Below are positions 40,061 to 52,112 of a DNA stretch of 64,000 nucleotides, in pieces. The stretch is from Lama glama. Taxonomy: Eukaryota. The stretch is taken from the NCBI GenBank assembly GCA_028534125.1, contig CM052817.1:58034001-58098000 (forward strand), written 5' to 3'. Position 1 is the first letter of the stretch. The number at the start of each line of letters is the position of its first letter. The notes beneath the pieces were generated by a model. The model searched no databases, was not told where the DNA came from, and saw nothing but the letters and a program-made list of their open reading frames with translations. Position numbers and translations under genes: made by a program.

Positions 40061-42294
40061 TCCTTAGTTATATTTAGAGAACTATTAGATCTTTGACCTT
40101 ATATTTAAGGAACTCACACCTACTTTAAAAATGTATTTAATTACTTTAAAGTGTGAAATTCCCTAAGAGGAATTCTGTGTTTTTACTTGTTTGTTTTTGT
40201 TATCGCATATTCATATATCTGATAAAAATATTAGTCAAGTAAATTATTTTTGTATAAGCATTTTTTAGTCATAATGGTGCCTTTTTTCCCTATTTGTCCT
40301 CTAATTCCATGAGAGAACATAGACTGTAACGCTATCTTAAGATGTGTATAATTTTTCATTTTCATCTGTGTGAGAACTAGAAGAAAATCAATTTTCTACT
40401 CCAGATTTTTTCACTTAATAGAAGTTGTAACATTTTAAAGTTTTTAGGTCATTTCCCAGAAATACTGTTTTATTTAGAACAAGTAGAAAGTTATTTGAAA
40501 ATACTTTATTAGCTTCTTTTTTAGAAACACAAAGCATATTTATTACATAGTTATTTCTATTTACACATTAGAAATTTTTTAAAAATTAAAATGAATAGAA
40601 AAATAATTTAACTTTGGTTTTAGTATTATTTAAAACTTATTTGATTTTAATCATTTTAGGGAAAAATCTATCACATAGTTAATAAAATGAATAGCTTTTT
40701 CCCCCCTAGTCTGCAAATAGATTTATGGACAAGCAACCAGGCACAAAAAGCCAGTTTAACAAACCAATCTTTAAAAAATATTTCTCTCCACTACAATAGC
40801 TAAAAACTATATTGAGAAAATCTGTAAAATGTTTAAATGGTACTTACATTTTTAGTCTATTGTTTTTTACATTTTGTAAGAGAAAATATTTTATAAAGTA
40901 TCATAGATTTCTGTCTGAAGAAATTAAGTTAAATCAGTGGTAAAAGTTTCTAGGGCAAATTACTTTCATATTACATTGAATTAGAGGTGCAGTCTTTGGT
41001 CAGCATGCTTTTTGCCATCAGTTTGTTCCTTAATGAAATTTTCTTATTGCATTATTTATTCTTTTATTTTAAGCCATGATATCTCTACCTGATTGTGGTT
41101 TGGCTGTATGAAAACTGGAATTAAGAAGGTAGCTGAGATTCTCTAAGAAATCATCAGAATCTTCCAATTATAGGTAACATATATCATGATAATATAATGA
41201 CATTAATTAAGTGTACACAATCCAAGTTTAAACACTTAGCTTCTAATCACTGCTTCACTTGAGATTGATAAGCAAATTTGGTTTACGTGTCAATACTTCT
41301 CACTCCTTGATGATTTGGAATAATAGTTTCTAAAATAAGTTTTGTCAAACTTTGTCCTCCCGATATTTGGTCAAAAAAGTTTGGGGGAACCCCTCCAATT
41401 ATCTCTTTTTAGAAAATGATTACTCACTCAGAGCAGTCCTGCAGTAAGTAAATTCAGTTAATGTATTAATTTAAAATTTTTGAAACCCTGATTTAGAAAT
41501 TACATTATATATGTGGAAAGCTCTTAACTTCTCTGGAGTCCAAGCTGGTAATTAAAGTAAAACAGAAAACAACAACAACAAGAAGTCTTTAGATTTCATA
41601 TTGGTATATGGAAATGTTTGCTTAAATGTATTGTCACCTGCACTAAACTTTAGTTTGACGAGTATTAAGTCCCTGGCAAGGTTTCATTCAGTTGACGGGG
41701 TTTCTAAATTAGCTCCTTTGATTGCTATATGTCAAGCATAAGAAACAAACGAAGAACCTGGTGCTGAAAAATTAGTTCCAGCTCACTGAGTTCGGGATTA
41801 AATATATTGAGTAATTCAGAAACAATGGAATTTTTGAATTAAGATGAGAATTTAAGAAATTTGTCAGTTTAAATAAATTGAAGTATCCACATTTTTACAT
41901 TCTTAGCAGAAAACAAATACATTTAAACTAGCAGTATTTTATAAAATTAGATAAATAATTTAGTGTCTAATACTTATTTTTTAAATGAACTTTGTTTATT
42001 CATATGTCCTACTAGTTTTTTGGGAAGATATACCAATCATCATTTAGATTGTTTTCTATGTAGTTTTCATATAAAAATATGTCAGAAGAAGCTCCTTTTA
42101 ATTTAAACAGTAAAAAATGTTTGGATCAGATATGATGAACATCTAAGATCTGATATAATTTTTTTTTATGTACCTGGAATCCATTAATTGAATGGCAAGA
42201 AAGTATACTACCTTCTACTTGACCTTAATGCCCATATTCTAAATGTCATTTGTAAGATGGCCAGTATCTCTCAGTTCTATTAGAAAAAATATAA

Positions 42295-42420
42295 GTCGCC
42301 TGGTTACCTAGTGGCATTTTTGAGTATCCACTTAACGTCTGTGCCGGTGATGGAGTGCTGCACATGCTTGCGCATACTTCCGCACTACACTTCCAATGGC
42401 CTGAGTTATTCACGAAGGTT
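42295..42420. promoter_or_regulatory. Candidate compact promoter/enhancer (motif cluster)
   Basis: Local CpG retention; RFX X-box-like gttacctagtggc (42303-15), NRF1 half-site tgcgca (42369-74), ETS acttccg (42376-82), ZNF143-like actacacttccaatgg (42384-99). Confidence 0.5.
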
Positions 42421-42899
42421 GTTTGGACTTTTATGGGAGGTCTAATAACAACTTGCATGGAATATGAACAAATTGACAAGAAAAAGGAAGGCAGATGGGG
42501 AACAAAGTATCAACTTTATTACTGCATTTATTACTTTACTACTATGTTGGAGAATGTACTCAGCATAAGAGGTGAATGAGATGAACATCTAAGATCGGAT
42601 ACAACTAGACTTTAAACAGACCTAAGCACTTCATTCTGGGTAAGACTTATGGGTTGAAAGTACTGAGGAGAATATGTGCTATCTGCAGGCATCTGGCTCC
42701 CAGAAGAAAAAAGAGATGAGCTAATTTAAGCAAACAATGCTTAATTTCATTTTCTCAAATTGTCCAGTCAGGTGGATCACACTCTCCTTTGAGGCAGAAT
42801 GAATTCAGTTTCCTCTGTGTGGAAAGACACACGAGGAGTATGGATGACATGTTCTCCCTTAACAGTGTTATTTGAATGATAATCAGGGAGGCAAATGTG

Positions 42900-43100
42900 A
42901 TGCCACTGAACATACATCACCTCTTAAATCAAGAGACATTAGCAGTTTGGTTCTACCATTCAGATGCTGGTTTACCTTTGAGATGTCAAAACTATCCAAG
43001 CTCCCATTTTCTCATTTGTAAATTAATAATAATAATGCTTAACTTTCAAAGTTTTTTAAGGGTTAAAACAAATAATGCATGTGAAAATGTATGAAACAAA
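42900..43100 (+). mobile_element. MIR SINE
   Basis: 'cccattttctcatttgtaaattaataataataatgc...ggttaaaacaaataatgcatgtgaaa'. Confidence 0.6.
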
Positions 43101-43869
43101 ATACTATTATTATCTTATTAGATGGTATAGGTCAATCAAGAGTTAGTGAGCACCTTGCTAAGCATTGGAGATATAAAGATGAATAACATATAGTCTCTAA
43201 CCCTGGGTCTCGTGAGAGAATAAAAAAATTAAACAGATCATATCAGGGAGAGAGCAATAATGAGAAATAGTCTGAGTGCTTTGGGGTGCACTAGAGTCTC
43301 ATTCATTAAAATCTCACAGGAATATTTAAGTTAGTTACCAATTTTGATATAGATCACATGAATCCACCGAGGAAACAATAGCTAAGTGTTATGTCCATGG
43401 CTTTCTTTCTATGTTTGCTTTGCCCTCTAACCGACATATATATGAACATAAATTCTATGAATCCAAACATTGAACAGTTGAGGTCATGTCGTGTGGTGGT
43501 TATATTGGATTTATCAACATCAGGCTGTATATTGTGAAAAACTAGGGAGCATGTCACAAGATCAGTAAGTTTATGGAATAGGATTGACATCTAAGATGAA
43601 AGCCAAAGAGAAGAGATTATTCCCATGACAATACGAGCTTTGAAAATGCAAAAGGAAGTACCTGGGCAGTAGTCCAGGGTCAAAACCAAAGAAGGACTAA
43701 AAATCAGGAAAATACACAGGAACTATAGATGTACACAGAAGAAGATTAATTCCTCAAACTGAGATAGTTCAACTCACCTCACTTTCTAAAATGAAAACTA
43801 TCTTAAGCAGGCAGCTGAAAATACTAGCTCAAAGTACTGTTCAGCCTACTTTGTTTCAAATTTGTCCGA

Positions 43870-44958
43870 TTTTTAAAAAGTGTGATAAAATATACATAAC
43901 ATAAAATTTACCATCCATTTAAATACGTGCAATTCAGTAACATTAAGTATATTCACAATGTTGTACAACCATCACCACTATCCATTTTCAGGACTTTTTC
44001 ATCATCCCAAATAGAAATACTATATGCATTAAACAATAACTCCCCATTCTTTCCTCCTCTAGTTCCTGGTTACCCCTATTCTACTTTCTGTGCTTATGAA
44101 TTTGCCCATTCTAGATACCTAATATAGTGGAATAATTCTTTTGTGTTTGGCTTATTTTACTTGGCCTAGTTTTCGTTGTTCATCCACATTGTAGCTCGTG
44201 TCAGAATTTCTTTTTAAGTCTGAATACTATTCCATTGTATGTACATACCACTTTTTTTTAAGAACTGCATTCATCTGTTGACAGACATTTGGGTTGTTTC
44301 CACCTTTTGGTTATTGTGAATAACGCTGCTATGAATATTGATATACAAATATTTGTTAAGTCCATGATTTTCATTTTGTGGGGCATGTATACATTCAGAA
44401 GTGGAATTGCTGAATTATGTGGCAACTCTATGTTTAATTTTTGGAGAAAATCACTATGCTGTTTTCCATCATGGCTGCACCATTTTATATTCCCACCAGC
44501 AATGCATGAGGTTCCGATTTCCCCACATCCTCACCAAGACTTGTTATTTTTTGGATTTTGTTTGCTTGTTTTTTAATTATAGCCATCCTAATGGGTGTAA
44601 AGTGGTATCTTGTTAAGGTTTCAATTTGCATTTCCCTAATGATTAACTTTGGTAAGTACCTTTTCATGTGCTTATTGGTCATTTGTGTGTCTTCTCTGGA
44701 GAAATGTCTATTCAAATCCTTTGCCAATTTTTGAATTGAGTTGTTTGGGGTTTTTTGTTGTTAAGTTGAAGGTATTCTTTATATATTCTGGATATTAACC
44801 TTTTATCAGCTATATGATTGGCTGTGGGTTGTCCTCTCACCCTCTTGATAGTAGTATTCTTTGATGTACAGATGTTTTAATTTTGATGAGGTCCAATCTA
44901 TCTATTCTTTCTTTAGTTGCCTGTGCCTTTGGTGTTATATCCAAGAAACCATCGCCAG
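43870..44958 (-). mobile_element. L1MB-like 3' portion including the ORF2 C-terminus
   Basis: Minus ORF AKDLNRHFSREDTQMTNKHMKR...REMQI...RYHFTPIRMAIIKK is the L1 ORF2p C-terminal region; canonical 3' UTR motifs. Confidence 0.93.
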
Positions 44959-45049
44959 CCTGTTTTTACAGCAAGGAAACAGTAAATAAAAACTGGAACA
45001 ATGTTCTATTAGCTTCTGTAATATTATTATTATTTATCTTTATTTTTAC

Positions 45050-46030
45050 TTTATTAGGTAAAATAGAAGAAATTGAAATGGGGGAGACTTACTGAGACTT
45101 AGATAAATATATATTTTTTTATTTTATGCAGAACTGCTATTAAAACTATTTAAAACACTAATAAAGATGTGTCAAATATTGTCACTGCTATCCCAAATTA
45201 AAAAGATGGACTTTCTGCTCACTTTAAGCTTGATAAAAATTTTTTATGACATTCATGAAATGATTCATGAAATGACTGGTTTGTTTGTAGTGATATATGA
45301 AGAAAGCAGATTTTATTACTGATGGGGAAAATTGGCAAATATCTTGTCTTTCTTCTCAAAATTTACAGGTAATTTACAGGTTAATTGTGCATCACAAACA
45401 CAAAGTATTTAGATTGGAGAGTTGCTTTCTCTATATTGCTATTGATCTAAATCCATGTGAAGAAAAAAGGCATTAATTTGCGGGCGAAGAGGTGCCAGAA
45501 ATGATTTATAGATTTTATGGAGTGTCAGGAAATGGACATCACTACTAGTAGCTTTTATGAATACTAAAGATAAGATTCTGAAGGAGCTAGGCTACAAAAT
45601 AATTATTTCACAGAAGCAAATATTGACATAAAACCAATACATCCTGTTCTTAAGTGAATGGTAGAGATAAATCATGGAGATTATTCAGTATCACTGCTAT
45701 GGGCAAGATGGTCTAACCAAAGCTGTCTTCCGAGGGAGGGTATTAAAGCTGCTTTTGTGCTCTAAAAGTACTCTAAATTCCTGAAGCAAGAATCTGAAAT
45801 AAGCTGGACTTGCCCTCATAAACAGAATGCAAAAGTAACCTGTCTGTTACGGATGAATGGCCTTCATATTTACACACACCTGATTAGAAAGCCAGCTGGA
45901 TAGCGTTCAACTGTTCTCGTTTGCCAGAATTTGTATTAAGACAGCTAGAAGCCACCAATAGAAAAGCAAGCCAGTTCAAATAGGAGATGTGGAAAAAGAA
46001 TATAGATGCATCCGTTCTTACCAAAAACTT
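45050..46030 (+). mobile_element. Possible very old non-LTR retrotransposon remnant (L4/RTE-X-like)
   Basis: Faint, correctly ordered echoes of RT C-terminal motifs: LFYAE (~45118), 'tttctctatattg' (FxYLG-like, ~45426), 'ctgctatgggc' (LLYG-like, ~45694), KLDLPS (~45801). Confidence 0.25.
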
Positions 46031-47194
46031 AGAGCACAATGATTCATGTTGCAGTTTGAAAGAAAATGTAGGTTGTTGCTGTTAGTTGTCATAATAAAGG
46101 GAAATATCTGACAATAGACAGATGATGATTTGAAAGGTGGGATTTGGATGGCAGGAGAAACAGGTGCACCTTTTATATGTATATTTTAAAGAATCAATTT
46201 CAGTGTTGACACATAGTTTGAGGGCACCCAAGAAAATGTTCTGTGGCATTCCCTCTGATCCTTGAGTACATGTGATCTCAGTAAAAAGTTAGATTAAAAC
46301 TAAAAAAATAAAACTCTTTATTATTTCTCCCTGCAACCTTATTTAGAATTTCTCCTTAGACGAAGAGCAAACTATTTCCTTCCTAATTTTATCTCTCTAA
46401 AAATATTTCCCTCATTCTTCCAATTAAGAGGATCCCAGAAGTTTAACCCATGGCTGCCTACAGGTGCCTTCTTCAGATACATCCAAGAATTCACTAAAGT
46501 AATAAGTAGGTTTTCCCTGAAAGCAACAGCTATCAGGTGTATTTCTCCTACAGGGTTTTTAATTAAGAGAAGAATTTTCCAGGCACCTTGGCATGTTTGT
46601 GGGTTTTATTTTATTCAGAATGACATCTAGTCCCAGTCACAATCTGAGTTGCAGGAGGGCAGGGCAGGAGATGGATGATACATGAGGATGGTGATTATTC
46701 ATAACTGCTGTGTTAAGAAACAAAACAAAGACTTTTTCCTGTACTCAAAAAATGACACTTTCTTAACAGAAAGTGATTTTATATTTTGAATTTGTTTCCT
46801 CTCTATAAATATGATTTTCTGGTGGCTCATCAAATTTCAGTTTCTATAATATTTCTGAAATTCAGGGAGATTCCAGAGTACTAGCTTTAGACTCTTTCTC
46901 TCAAAAAAAAGAAAGAAAGAAAGAAAAGAAAAAGGGAAACAAATAGCATAAAATGCTAGTTTAAATTAAAATATTAATATTTAAAAAGAGGAATGAATGT
47001 TCTCCGTGACATATATTTACATATGAAACAAAAATATTTAAGTCATGGTCATTTCACAGCCCAGCTTCTTTCATTTTCTGCCTGGGGACACTGACATTAA
47101 GTAGTGGGGGGATAGTTGATGCCGGGACATCCTGGAGCGTCCTTCCCCTTGGCTGTGTTCAGGCCCTAACTCACTGTCGCTTCAGAGTTGAAGT

Positions 47195-47258
47195 GTCTTC
47201 TTTCTTCCTTTCTTCCTTTCTTTCCTTTCTTTCTTTTCTTTCTTTTCTTTCTTTCCTG
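47195..47258 (+). repeat. (TTTC/TTCC)n pyrimidine tract
   Basis: Directly visible. Confidence 0.9.
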
Positions 47259-48664
47259 TATTTTAAGCATTAGTACTAGTAAATATTATTACCCAGGAAA
47301 ATATAAAAGTCATGATCATATACCACACTAAAAAGACTTTAGTGCAATTAAATAAAACACCCACACATATTGTTCCATTTTCCTGATCTGTGTTCTCTCT
47401 GGGCCTGGAAAATAGCACCAATATCAGCCTTCTATGTGATCCAAGCAATATTCTGACTACCTAGGGGGTTTGAGCTAAACTAAGGGGTTTATCAAAGTGT
47501 TGGATCCAATTACTTCAACATTGTCCTTATCTGAAGGAGCAGGACAAGGGTTAACCTACTGCACTGATGACTAATATTCAGCTGTGCAGGCATCAAATAA
47601 CTGCACACAGTAATGTTAAAGGTCTTCCTGACTCAAAGGCATATTTGTTCTGAAAGAGTTTGCATTTAATTTGGCTGAGGGTAGAGGGTTTGATTGTTGA
47701 CGAGGCTGAGGTCACAGGGTAAGATTAGGTATTTGTAAGGAATGCACATCTTGTTTTCATTATCAAAAAGGTATAAAAATCTTTATAAAAGCATAAAGAC
47801 CTGAAAACAGATGGCTAGCTTGACTAAAACCCTTACTTCCTACATATTTTCTCTTACCCATTCATTTTCAAAACAAAGTCTTTGGACTATTTTAGGAAGT
47901 CCATCATGCTTTGCTCAGTTACAATATTTTTTTTATCCTTTGGCCAGAGGGACGGTTGGGCCAGGAGGACTTAAGTCTTCCTTTCCTGAGTCTTTGGAAG
48001 TTATCCTGATTGGTTTGTCTACTGCCAGTTTGTGGCCCTTTTTCTAATGATGTGGTGGTCACAGCTGATTCTCATGTCACATGTGAAACCTATGATAAGC
48101 TGGAAAAATCATTTAGTGTCCTGGGAAACAGATTAAATGTACAAAGGCATTCATCATTGCCTTGACATTGACTCACATTTTAGTGTTTAGCATGATACAT
48201 TGTCAGTTAAAAACAAAGATTGACAATACTGGTGTTCTTTTTGTAAAGCTCTTGGTGCGTATTATACTCTATGAAGTTATTTTAAAGATAGATATTTCAC
48301 TATTAACAGTCTTGATCTTCTGGTGGTGTATAGTGAAAATCTGTTTCGTAAAGGACACATCCATCTCTTACACAGAGCTACTTTTTAGGGTTAACACTAT
48401 TAAAAAGAAATGTATTTCTTTCCAAGGCCAGTTAGCAGTCCAGGGTATAGTAAAAGTTATATTCCTCATTCAATGTTGAATATTTTATTCCTATTTGCCT
48501 TGCAAAAGGTAGTCTCTTGGAAATTTTAGTTTTAATATTTAAATTTCAAAAGAAATTTCCTCTATGTATCAAATACATATGCCATTTTTGAAGGTATGTT
48601 TAAATATAGAAATAAAAATATCATCAAAAACACAATACATAAAACTAAAGTGTATCTGCTATCA

Positions 48665-49490
48665 AGTATTCATTTTTTCATCAATTCAATAATTTTTTTT
48701 AATGTCTATCGAATCCTAGACACTGTGCTTGGCCTAGGATTCATAACAGTGAAAAAAAAGAAACCCTGAGGTGGCTTCCCTTGTGATGAGACAACAATAA
48801 GAAAGATAAGTAAAATATATAGCATGTTATGATAAACGGTAAGAAAAAGAGGCAAGAGGGTAAGGAAACAGGACCTTGTGCCTGTGTAGTGGGGAGGGTC
48901 TCAGGGGATGGTGGCAATTCAACATTCAAACAGGGTACAAGAAAATCCTCACTAGCAAAGTGGCATTTAACAAAGACCTGAAGGTGAGGATGCAAGACAT
49001 ATGATTTCCCAGAAGAAGGGTCTCCCAGACAGAAGGACAAATGCCATGAGCAGGACTGTGCCTGCGTGTCATCAGCATGATGAAGCCGAGTGAGCTAAGA
49101 GAATAGGAGACACAAGGTGGATGAGGTCAGAGAAGTGAGAAGGGGGCAAGATACTGCAGACCTGGTTCTTCATTAGGGAGCCATGGAAAGCTTTTGAGCA
49201 GAGGAGTGATATTACCTGATCTACATTTTATTTTATGTATTTATTTTTAGTTTTATTTATTTATTTTGGGGTTTTTTGGGGGGAGAGGTAATTAGTTTTT
49301 TATTTATTATAATTATTTTTTAATGGAGGCACTGGGGGCCGAACCCAGGACCTTGTGCATGCTTAGCTTGCACTCTACCACTGAGCTGTTACCCTCTCCG
49401 CTTGACCTACATTATAATATGAATACATTGTATACTTTGTTGTAAATAAACTGCCAGAGACAAAGCAGGGAAAACAATAAGGAGATTAAT
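48665..49490 (-). mobile_element. L2 3' region, interrupted by a SINE
   Basis: 'ttcatcaattcaataat...agacactgtgcttggcc...gtggcatttaacaaagacctgaagg...ggagccatggaaagcttttgagcagaggagtgat'. Confidence 0.8.
49228..49399 (-). mobile_element. tRNA-Ala-derived SINE (camelid Vic-1 type)
   Basis: Reverse complement gives ggagagggtaacagctcagtggtagagtgcaagctaagcatgcacaaggtcctgggttcgg...cctcca plus 'ctaattacctctcccc' and an A-rich tail; TSD tgatctacatt (49217-27) / tgacctacatt (49403-13). Confidence 0.9.
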
Positions 49491-49719
49491 TTGATAATTA
49501 ATAACATATTTTTAGAAGGTAATGTTTACACACATAAAATTAAAAGAAAATAATTCACAGAAGGATGTAATCATGCTGCTACATGATCACCCCTTTGAGT
49601 CATTTTTAATGGATTGCCCAGCACCATTAAAGTTGTTTCACACTTTGATTTCTTTCCCTAAGCCTGAAACTTCTGTTCTATAACAAACAAACAAAAAGTT
49701 GCTTCCAAATTTATGAAAA

Positions 49720-49950
49720 ATGTTCACTCATTTATCTTTCAATAAATTTTATGTGCATCAAATGTATGCCAGGCATAAAGATAGTCACGAGAGGTCTAAA
49801 GAAGAATAACAACCTTTTTCCAAAATTCTCAGTCTCATGAGCAAAACAGAAATATTAAAAGGTATATGTAGTAATACAATTTAGAAGCACAATGCCAGAG
49901 ATACATCCAGGGCATTATTGAAGCACAGAGTAAGTATATAGACAAAAAGA
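49720..49950 (-). mobile_element. L2 3' end fragment
   Basis: 'ttcactcatttatctttcaataaatttt...tgtatgccaggcat'. Confidence 0.5.
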
Positions 49951-51475
49951 ACATGTGTTTTAACCTAGGTAACCAGGAAACATTGCTAAGTACTATTCTG
50001 AGTAGACTTCACTCCCTTAAAACTCTGGTCCTCACATCCTAATACTGTATACCTAGGAAATAGTTTTCAGAGACTTGAGAGAATTGAGTTTTCTCTTAGA
50101 TATCCAGGATTTTAAGTGTTTCAAATATATAAACAACTTAAAAAGATTTATTTATTGTATATTCAATTTTGTTTTTTCCTCTTGCCTCATGTCATTAGTA
50201 TCATCTGTAAAAATGGAAAGTTTCCATAAAGGTCTGTGAATGTCCAACCATCAATTCATTTCTGGAAATCATCCAAATTTGTTTTATAATGACTGTTTGC
50301 TGTTCTCTAATGATGAGAAGCTGATTCTTATATCACTCATGAAAATCTGTGAGAGACTAGTAAATCATGCAGTGTACTGGGGGAAAAGAAATGACATTTT
50401 CAGTAATAATCATTAATAGAAGTAGAAATTGGTTCACCAAAAAGAGAAAGCACAAGACTAACAGATTTTTTTGGTGTCTCTACCTATGAGAAAAGTGTCA
50501 TAGACATAATGAGTTTGATTTCAGCACAGTGCTAGATTCATTTCCACACGTGAATCTGGTTTGGAAATTGTATCCAACTGTATTAATCAGATAACATCAA
50601 CTTGGAGGGCTAGTCTTAGTTCTGTGCCACAAAATTTTGAATTTGGCTTTATTTGGTTCTTTTACTCTTAGATGAATAACATCAAAAGAACTTACTTCAA
50701 AGTATCTGCCAAACATACCAACTGCTCGATAACACATAGACGCATGAAAATATTATTGAAGTATAGATGATATAAAACTGAGAGTAGATCTTATCTAAAT
50801 TAAAGTACCTATGATCAAAGTAATCTGGATAGTTTGGAATGTTGGTGCCAAATATTTCCTGGGAGCAACATTGTTGTAATTGAGAAACCACTGTCCTAGA
50901 GTCATCTAAGAGTTAGGCTCATGGTTTTCTTAGCAGGTCTGCTAGCTCTTCATGCAAATATCGTTCTGGCCACCTGTCCTGGTGAATCAGGATTCTGAGT
51001 GGTATATGCAAATTAGATGTTCTCTCACACTCTGATTTCCTGTCCCACCTAAATCATCACAAAGAAGCCAATGTTAAGATTTGCTGCAATGAAAACTTAC
51101 GTAGTTGACTACTTCAATACTACATCTGAATTCACAAGGTCTTTTAAATTTAGGTACATTTAGGCTTTTCTTTATAATCAATGGGGTACAATACAAGAAA
51201 CCTGTTTTCCACTGAATCATTTGATAAGATTTACAATCATTTTCATATTCCAATGACCATACACTTTTAAAAAATGTTTATATTCCTCAAATTAAATTAT
51301 TGGATATGCCCTATAAATGCATGGGCATTTTTGTAAGACTTTTGTTAATCTGCACTCTAAATACTAACAATCTTAATATTCCATTGTCATTTACTTCCCA
51401 GACATTTGAAATTTTGAAATAAAGCATTTGACCTTACTTCCTGCAACATTCTTTTCAAAAAAATTAATATACCTA

Positions 51476-52112
51476 TGTCACTGAACCAAACCTGGGTCCA
51501 CTTGCCCACCACACAGCAAAGCTAATCTACTGACACTGGGTTATGGTGAAGGAAAGTACAGAATTTATTTACAGAACACCAAGCAAGGAGAGTTGCAGCT
51601 CTTGCTCAAAAGACCTGAACTCCCTGATGGCTTTCAAGTTAGAATTTTTAAAGGAAACATTTGAGGTGAGGGTTGCAGCTCATGGAGTTTCTTCTGATTG
51701 GTTGGTGGTGAGGTAACAGGGTGATGCTTCTGGAATCTTAACCATCAACCTCTGTTTCAACCAGTCTGGGGTCTACATACTTGTAGTCAGCATGTTGTCA
51801 TCATCCTCCACTTGGGTATGGGTCTGAGTTTCTGAGGAACAACTCAAAGCTATGCGTCAGATTGTCATATATATTCCTTGAGGAAGAACTAGGAGTCTGT
51901 TTAATCACTGAACTGTTGTTCAAACTAACTTGCTTAGTTGCTTTTCCTTTGTTTCTGAATTCCATTGCTTCTCTAACTAATAACTGCGTGAGTTGGCTCT
52001 TTGGAACTCAGGAAGGTCTAGAAGACTAAAGCCTTTTCTACAAACAAGAGACAGGGGACACAGAAGGGCTTTTTGTACCTGGGAGGGCCCCACAGGGTCC
52101 TGCTCAGTTTTA
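51476..52112 (-). mobile_element. ERV1-class solo LTR (MER4/MER41/LTR8-group-like)
   Basis: 'tgtcactgaaccaaacctgggtccacttgccc...agcaaagc...ctcaaaagacctgaactccctgatggc...ctgattggttggtggtgaggtaa...agggtcctgctcagttt'; ~640 bp. Confidence 0.8.

Noticed and set aside
43778..43785. 8-nt minus-strand microexon (ttttag|AAAGTGAG|gtgagt)
   Set aside because: Frame-shifting and unconnected to any supported exon; shows how common pseudo-exons are here.
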